DNA of 64,000 nucleotides from Desulfatiglandales bacterium (GTDB lineage: Bacteria > Desulfobacterota > DSM-4660 > Desulfatiglandales > Desulfatiglandaceae): positions 5,184,001 to 5,248,000 of the forward strand of contig OY759599.1 in assembly GCA_963662465.1 (NCBI GenBank), in the 5' to 3' direction. Shown here one piece after another: positions 57,947-64,000 of this stretch. The notes under the pieces are model-generated. The model had not been told where the DNA came from. It searched no databases and was given only the letters and a program-made list of their open reading frames with translations. Made by a program: the position numbers and the translations under genes. Each line of letters starts with the position of its first letter. The stretch's first letter is position 1.

Positions 57947-59907
57947 AGCTGAAGGAAAAAAAATGGATTCGCCTTCGCATCCATTTGGTAAGTGTTTTTT
58001 TCATATGTGGATTGATCGCTATTTTTGTCAGAGTTTATCAACTGCAAGTATTACAACAGGACTATCTGCGTGGAATTGCGGAAAACGGCATCATCGGAAC
58101 CACAAAACTGCCGCCGGAACGCGGCGTTATTTACGACCGGGAAGGACATGAACTAGCCATCAGCATACAGGTTGGGTCGGTTTTTGCTCATCCAAAACAA
58201 ATCAAGGATAAACATAAGACAGCCGGACAATTGTCCAAAATCCTGGGCGAAAAACAGGGCGAAATTCTGAAGATACTCAAGCGAAACCGCTCTTTTGTGT
58301 GGGTCAAAAGAAGGATTTCGCAAACACTGACGGAACAGATCAAAGCCCTTAATCTAAGGGGGTTGGGCATAACCACCGAAACCCGGCGATATTATCCGGG
58401 CCGTGAGACGGCTGCCCATATGGTTGGTTTTACCGGAACCGACAACCAGGGGCTGGAAGGTCTTGAAAAAAAATATGATGGACTGCTAAAGGGGCCCGAA
58501 GAAAATCTGGCCTTTATGCGGGATGCTCTGGGGAGACCTTTTGCCGTCGTCAAGCCCATAACGTCAGACAAGAAAAAGCATAACCTCTTTCTGACCATCG
58601 ACAAAGATATTCAGTATAAAGCGCAACAATCGCTTCGGGCTGCCGTTCTAAAAGCAAAGGCAAAGGGCGGACATTGTGTGGTGATGGATCCGAACACCGG
58701 CGAAATTCTGGCCATGGCGGTAACGCCGGAATTCAACCCGAATGTCTTTTTTCAATACAAACCTTACCAATGGCGCAACCGAGCCGTAACGGATTGTTTT
58801 GAACCGGGTTCCACTATCAAGGCCTTTTTATTGTCAGCCGCACTGGAGGAATCCGTCGTCACGCCCAAGACTGAGTTCTACTGTGAACAGGGGAAATTCA
58901 AAGTGGGTGGCAGGGTGGTTCATGACACCCATAAGTATGGAAATCTTTCCGCGGCCGATATCGTTGTTTATTCCAGCAACATCGGCGCCATCAAGCTGGG
59001 GCAGAAACTGGGATACCAAAAATTCACCGAATATTTGAGGAACTTTGGTTTTGGGAGCAAAACGGAAATTGAGCTGCTGGGTGAACGGAGCGGATTTATC
59101 AGGAGTGCGAAGGATGCCAGGAAAATTGATCAGGCAACACATTTTTTTGGGCAGGGTATGACCACCACGTCCTTGCAGATGACAATGGCCATGGGGACAA
59201 TCGCAAACGGAGGAAAATTGATGCGTCCGTATATTGTCTCAAAAATTGTTGATGAATCCAGACATATCGTTGAGAAAACCGAACCAAAAGTTGTGAGAAG
59301 GGTTATTTCCACCGAAACCGCCCGGAAAGTCACCACGGTTCTTGAAGGGGTGACAACAGAAGAAGGAACTGCGGAAAAGGCGGCCATTGAGGGATTCAGG
59401 GTTGCGGGTAAAACGGGAACCTCCCAAAAAGTGGACCCGGATACCAAACGATACTCCAAAACGAAATATGTGGCGAGCTTCGTAGGGTTTGTGCCATCCG
59501 ATAAACCACGCCTGGTAATCATGGTAGTGATCGATGAGCCCAAAGGCCACATCTACGGTGGCCTGGTGGCCGGGCCTGTATTCAAAGAGGTGGGCTCATG
59601 GGCACTGAATCATCTCAGAATCAATCCTCAGCTTTCTTTGCAGCGTCATACAAAAATTCAACCGGAAAATGTAGCGGAGACTCCCCGGTCATTGGCGAAA
59701 ACAATGAAACTGCTTCACGAACCCCTGCCGGGACAATTACCCGATTTCACGGGCCTGGGCATGCGAGAAGTCCTCAAGCGGAGCCGTGCCCTGGGCCTGA
59801 AAGTATGCCTCGAAGGGTCCGGGCTTGCCATTAAACAAAATCCCGATCCCGGATCTCCACTTAAAACTGTTCGAAGTGTTAAGGTTAATTTTAAACCCCC
59901 CATGTAG
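57943..59907 (+). CDS. ftsI: PBP3 transpeptidase with a PASTA domain
   Basis: RGVIYDR, EPGSTIK, SSN, KTGT. Confidence 0.93.
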   Translation: MKLKEKKWIRLRIHLVSVFFICGLIAIFVRVYQLQVLQQDYLRGIAENGIIGTTKLPPERGVIYDREGHELAISIQVGSVFAHPKQIKDKHKTAGQLSKILGEKQGEILKILKRNRSFVWVKRRISQTLTEQIKALNLRGLGITTETRRYYPGRETAAHMVGFTGTDNQGLEGLEKKYDGLLKGPEENLAFMRDALGRPFAVVKPITSDKKKHNLFLTIDKDIQYKAQQSLRAAVLKAKAKGGHCVVMDPNTGEILAMAVTPEFNPNVFFQYKPYQWRNRAVTDCFEPGSTIKAFLLSAALEESVVTPKTEFYCEQGKFKVGGRVVHDTHKYGNLSAADIVVYSSNIGAIKLGQKLGYQKFTEYLRNFGFGSKTEIELLGERSGFIRSAKDARKIDQATHFFGQGMTTTSLQMTMAMGTIANGGKLMRPYIVSKIVDESRHIVEKTEPKVVRRVISTETARKVTTVLEGVTTEEGTAEKAAIEGFRVAGKTGTSQKVDPDTKRYSKTKYVASFVGFVPSDKPRLVIMVVIDEPKGHIYGGLVAGPVFKEVGSWALNHLRINPQLSLQRHTKIQPENVAETPRSLAKTMKLLHEPLPGQLPDFTGLGMREVLKRSRALGLKVCLEGSGLAIKQNPDPGSPLKTVRSVKVNFKPPM

Positions 59908-59914
59908 GGATGTC

Positions 59915-61438
59915 ATGCGATTGAAAGAACTCATAGAGAATATCAACATCAAATGCCTGGCGGGCAGCCCTGATATTGACATCTCTCATATACACTATGA
60001 TTCCCGTAAAATTGGACCTGGGGACCTTTTCATAGCTATGAAGGGGTATGCTCAAGATGGTCACGATTTTATCGTGGATGCCGCATCCAAAGGCGCCGTC
60101 GCCGTATTATCCGAATTGGCGCCGGACATTGCCCTCGAAAAATGTAACAAAACCCATCAAATACCGGTCCTCCTTCAGACATCCGACTCTCGCAGGGCGC
60201 TGTCTCAATTGGCCGTAAGGTTTTATCAATTCCCTTTCAGCAAAATGAATCTCATCGGAATTACCGGAACCAACGGAAAGACCACCACCAGTTATCTTTT
60301 GGAATCCATACTCATTGCCGCAGGTCGGCATCCGGGCGTTATCGGGACCGTTAACCACCGGATTTCCAGTAGGGTGCTGAAATCTTCCATGACCACACCC
60401 GAATCCCTGGATCTCATGAAAATTTTTCGCGACATGGCGGATCATTTTGCCACGGATGTGGTCATGGAAGTCTCTTCCCATGCCTTGGACCAGGGCAGGG
60501 TTGCGGATTGTCCCTTTCACACGGTTGTGTTTACCAATATCAGCAGGGACCATCTGGATTACCACCCATCCATGGATGCCTATTTCAAGGCTAAAAGCCT
60601 TCTGTTTACCGGACCTGCCGCCAAGATCATGGATGGCGCTTTAAGTGCCGTCATCAATGCCGATGATCCCCGGGGACGCGAACTCACAGCATTGACCCGT
60701 GCCCACGTGACGACTTTTGGGCTCAAGAACCCATGTGATGTAACGGCCGGCGACGTCAGCGTCAGCCGGGAAGGGCTTCGGGCCAGGCTCATCTGTAAAA
60801 GGGTGGGCGAAATTGATATTTGCTCCTCCCTCATCGGAGATTTTGACATTTATAATATCATGGCCGCGGCTGCAGCAGCCCTCACCATGGGGATTAATTT
60901 AAAGACTATCGCTTCGGGTATAAACCGTATGAAAGGAATTCCCGGCCGCATGGAGCTGGTCAAAAACGACCGCTCATTGACCATTGTGGTGGACTACGCC
61001 CACACCCCCGACGCACTGGAAAAAGTACTGGGGACGGTGAAACAACTCACGCGGGGACGGATACTGACGGTTTTCGGCTGCGGCGGCGACAGGGACAAGG
61101 GAAAAAGAATCGAAATGGGCCATGTGGCGGGCCGCCTCAGCCACAAGGTGTTCATCACATCCGACAATCCCCGTTCTGAAGATCCCGGGGCTATTGCGAG
61201 TGAAATTAAAAGGGGCGTCATCGCTTCCGGTCAAAAAGATTATGGGGTAATACTGGAAAGGGAAACGGCCATTCAAGCAGCCGTTGATGCCGCCCACAAA
61301 GACGATCTGGTGCTCATTGCCGGAAAAGGGCATGAAACCTACCAGATGATGGGGAAAACAAGGCGGGTTTTCGATGATCGTGTGGTGGCGGCCCAAGCCG
61401 CCTCAATGAAAAGACAGCCGTTAGCTGTTAGCTATTAG
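59915..61438 (+). CDS. murE: UDP-MurNAc-L-Ala-D-Glu--meso-DAP ligase
   Basis: TGTNGKTT, MEVSSH, DYAHTPD, DNPR; start ATG 59915. Confidence 0.96.
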   Translation: MRLKELIENINIKCLAGSPDIDISHIHYDSRKIGPGDLFIAMKGYAQDGHDFIVDAASKGAVAVLSELAPDIALEKCNKTHQIPVLLQTSDSRRALSQLAVRFYQFPFSKMNLIGITGTNGKTTTSYLLESILIAAGRHPGVIGTVNHRISSRVLKSSMTTPESLDLMKIFRDMADHFATDVVMEVSSHALDQGRVADCPFHTVVFTNISRDHLDYHPSMDAYFKAKSLLFTGPAAKIMDGALSAVINADDPRGRELTALTRAHVTTFGLKNPCDVTAGDVSVSREGLRARLICKRVGEIDICSSLIGDFDIYNIMAAAAAALTMGINLKTIASGINRMKGIPGRMELVKNDRSLTIVVDYAHTPDALEKVLGTVKQLTRGRILTVFGCGGDRDKGKRIEMGHVAGRLSHKVFITSDNPRSEDPGAIASEIKRGVIASGQKDYGVILERETAIQAAVDAAHKDDLVLIAGKGHETYQMMGKTRRVFDDRVVAAQAASMKRQPLAVSY

Positions 61439-61441
61439 CTT
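61406..61441 (+). repeat. Family B partial copy at the 3' end of murE
   Basis: ATGAAAAGACAGCCGTTAGCTGTTAGCTATTAGCTT. Confidence 0.75.
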
Positions 61442-61442
61442 A

Positions 61443-62885
61443 ATGATGGAAGATATGCCTGCTGAATGGGGAAAGATATCATCAAGAGAAATTTTGACGG
61501 CTGTCAAGGGCCGTATGATCTCCGGAAACCCTCAAACATGGTTTACCGGTTTCAGCTCTGATTCAAGGAGCATCGATCCCGGAGGGATTTTCTGGGCACT
61601 GAAAGGAGACCGGTTTGACGGCCATGACTTTGTTTCACAGGCCGTTGAACAGGGCGCCTTGGGTGTGGTCGTTCAGGATGTTCACCCCTCTCTGGAAGAA
61701 AATCCCCAAGTGGTTGTCATCTCCGTAGAGGGCACCCTGAGAGCACTGGGGGATCTAGCCGCCTGGTGGCGCCGGCAACATACCGCCAAAGTGGTTGCTA
61801 TCACGGGGAGTTCTGGAAAAACCACCACCAAGGAAATGACGGCCGGCATCCTTGGGATAGGGAACAAAACCCTGAAAAATCAGGGGAACCACAACAACCT
61901 CATCGGATTGCCGGTGACGCTCTTAAAATTAACAAAAGCGCATCAGCGGGCTGTGCTTGAAATGGGCATGAACCGGAGAGGCGAAATCGCCCGTTTGACT
62001 GAAATTGCAAACCCTGATGTGGGCGTCATTCTGAACGTGGGGATGGCCCATCTTGAAGGGTTGGGCGCCCTTGAGGGTGTTGCGAAAGCCAAAACGGAAT
62101 TGATGGATCGGCTTTCGCCCAAAGCGCAAATGGTATTAAACGGTGATGATGATATGCTGATGAAACACGCGGCTCAATTTAATAAAAAATGCATCACCTT
62201 CGGTCTTAAGGAAAACAACAGCATCAGGGGCGTCAATATCGAAAATCGCGGATCTGAAGGAATAGGGTTTGACCTGGTTTTTAACGGTAATACCTGGCCG
62301 ATCCGCCTGGGCATATCGGGCCTCCACAATGTGAAAAATGCACTGGCTGCTGCAGCCATCGCTTTTTGTCTTGATGTCCCCCCGGAACACATCATGAAAG
62401 GTCTGGGCCTTTTTACCGGCGTCAAGGGACGGTTTCAAAACATACCCCTTAAAAAAGATATTCTTCTGGTTGACGACACCTATAACGCCAACCCGTCCGC
62501 GGTGCGGACATCCCTCATCTCCGCCGCGGCACTGGTTCGAAAAGGCGGACGCTTCCTTGTGGGCTTAGGCGATATGTTGGAATTGGGGGACGCCGCTGTT
62601 TCCGCCCACCGGGAAGTGGGAAAAAGGGTTGCCGGGTCAGGCGCTTCTTGGCTTTTCGCCATGGGAACACACGCTAATCACCTAAAAGAAGGCGCTTTGT
62701 CCGCCGGCATGCCTGAGAAACACATCGTCATTGTTGAAACACACGACGAACTGATCATGAAAATCAGCCGGGAAATAAAAGCCAAAGATACGATTTTGCT
62801 GAAAGGTTCCAGGAAAATGCAATTTGAAAAGGTGGTTGAAGGCATCCGGAGGGCGGAGGACGGAGGACGGAAATCAGAGGTCTGA
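61443..62885 (+). CDS. murF: UDP-MurNAc-tripeptide--D-Ala-D-Ala ligase
   Basis: TGSSGKTTTKE, EMGMN, DTYNANP, GDMLELG, KGSR. Confidence 0.96.
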   Translation: MMEDMPAEWGKISSREILTAVKGRMISGNPQTWFTGFSSDSRSIDPGGIFWALKGDRFDGHDFVSQAVEQGALGVVVQDVHPSLEENPQVVVISVEGTLRALGDLAAWWRRQHTAKVVAITGSSGKTTTKEMTAGILGIGNKTLKNQGNHNNLIGLPVTLLKLTKAHQRAVLEMGMNRRGEIARLTEIANPDVGVILNVGMAHLEGLGALEGVAKAKTELMDRLSPKAQMVLNGDDDMLMKHAAQFNKKCITFGLKENNSIRGVNIENRGSEGIGFDLVFNGNTWPIRLGISGLHNVKNALAAAAIAFCLDVPPEHIMKGLGLFTGVKGRFQNIPLKKDILLVDDTYNANPSAVRTSLISAAALVRKGGRFLVGLGDMLELGDAAVSAHREVGKRVAGSGASWLFAMGTHANHLKEGALSAGMPEKHIVIVETHDELIMKISREIKAKDTILLKGSRKMQFEKVVEGIRRAEDGGRKSEV

Positions 62886-62909
62886 GATCAGAGGTCGGAG
62901 GTCGGAGGG
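62847..62909 (+). repeat. Family C heptamer tandem repeat (CRGAGGN) x9
   Basis: cggaggg cggagga cggagga cggaaat cagaggt ctgagat cagaggt cggaggt cggaggg. Confidence 0.8.
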
Positions 62910-62991
62910 GCAGCACCCCCGTGCCTGCCCATCCGAGAATAGGGAAAGGACATAACCCCATGCGGTCCATATATAATAAGGTTCAACGTCG

Positions 62992-64000
62992 ATGCTTTTC
63001 AAACTGATCTATCTATTGCATTCGGATTTTTCCTGGCTCAATGTTTTCAGGTACATCACCTTCAGGACAATCCTTTCCAGTTTGACGGGACTGGCGCTCT
63101 GTTTTTTTGTCGGAAGCTGGGGCATCAAAAAACTGAAGGCCCTGCAGATTCGAGAACGGATTCGGGAGGACGGCCCGCCCGACCACCAGATAAAAGCGGG
63201 CACGCCCACCATGGGGGGATGTCTGATACTGCCGGCCATTATCGTGGCAACCCTTTTATGGGCCGACCCTTTTAACCGCTATATTCAGTTGTCCACTTTT
63301 GTGGTGCTGTTCTTCGGCGGCATCGGTTTTGCGGATGATTATTCAAAGGTAACGGGGAAAAACCCCAAAGGCATGAGTGCCTCCAGCAAATTTACGCTCC
63401 AGATCGTCGGCGCCCTAGGGATCGCGCTAACCCTCTATTTCTCTCCGGAATTCGATTCCAGGCTCAATATACCGTTTCTAAAAAATTTCGCTCCCGATCT
63501 TGGATGGGGATACATCCCCCTTACCGTATTCATCATTGTGGGGACTTCCAATGCGGTCAATTTGACCGATGGCCTGGATGGACTGGCCATCAGCCCGCTC
63601 ATTGTCGCCTTTGCCTGTTACCTGATCTTCGCGTATCTAGCCGGCCATGTGAAAATTGCCGCTTATCTCCAAATCCCCTATCTTCCAGGCGCCGGAGAGC
63701 TCTCCATTCTTTGCGGGGCGGCGGTGGGAACCGGCCTTGGATTTCTCTGGTACAATGCCTATCCCGCCGAGATATTCATGGGGGATGTGGGATCTCTCCC
63801 ACTGGGGGCCCTGCTGGGAACGGTTGCCGTCATGACAAAACAGGAACTGGTGCTGATGCTGGTGGGAGGACTATTCGTGTTTGAGGCCCTCAGCGTCATT
63901 TTTCAGGTCAGCTACTTCAAATTGACCGGCGGACAACGAATTTTCCGAATGGCCCCCATCCATCACCATTTTGAATTAAAGGGATGGCCTGAACCCAAGG
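62992..64000 (+). CDS. mraY: Phospho-MurNAc-pentapeptide transferase (runs off the window end)
   Basis: Not in the ORF track. My translation gives MLFKLIYLLHSDFSWLNVFRYITFR...KAGTPTMGG...NAVNLTDGLDGL...FMGDVG...FRMAPIHHHFELKGWPEPK. Confidence 0.97.
   Translation, partial: MLFKLIYLLHSDFSWLNVFRYITFRTILSSLTGLALCFFVGSWGIKKLKALQIRERIREDGPPDHQIKAGTPTMGGCLILPAIIVATLLWADPFNRYIQLSTFVVLFFGGIGFADDYSKVTGKNPKGMSASSKFTLQIVGALGIALTLYFSPEFDSRLNIPFLKNFAPDLGWGYIPLTVFIIVGTSNAVNLTDGLDGLAISPLIVAFACYLIFAYLAGHVKIAAYLQIPYLPGAGELSILCGAAVGTGLGFLWYNAYPAEIFMGDVGSLPLGALLGTVAVMTKQELVLMLVGGLFVFEALSVIFQVSYFKLTGGQRIFRMAPIHHHFELKGWPEPK

Noticed and set aside
62847..62909. Repeats here and at 4911 and 8866 as CRISPR arrays
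   Set aside because: 7-nt tandem units without unique spacers; no cas genes
63504..63884. 126-aa + strand ORF
   Set aside because: Alternate frame inside mraY

Overview
A ~50% GC bacterial chromosome segment. Gene content and repeat style suggest a Desulfobacterota (deltaproteobacterial) genome, which is an inference. Left to right: (1) a phosphate-uptake locus (partial pstC, pstS, putative porin, a 78-aa ORF) with four Pho-box-like promoters; (2) a four-gene KS/ACP/acyltransferase/thioesterase cassette; (3) nnr, followed by a sigma54-type promoter and a highly structured ~210-nt candidate ncRNA with a miniature 6S-like 3' domain; (4) lapAB-mutS-amidase; (5) prfB with its programmed +1 frameshift; (6) an LPS/envelope and housekeeping block (lptG, ArnT-like, GT9, GT2, TPR, RpoH-like sigma, tyrS, rodZ, two PPIases, YdbH/YdbL-like); (7) a DUF62 SAM hydrolase, a GNAT/RHH toxin-antitoxin pair, an HNH protein, an unusual HPr-domain fusion and an MscS-like channel; (8) a ~14-kb uncharacterised envelope locus (OmpA, FlgT-like, CsgG-like, SLH-TPR, LPP20-like, AsmA-like, DUF799-FN3-beta-helix-TPR, SpoIID); (9) the start of the dcw cluster (mraZ to partial mraY). 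Three families of heptamer-based dispersed repeats occur. No rRNA, tRNA, CRISPR array or transposase was seen. Family assignments come from motif recognition by eye, not from database searches.
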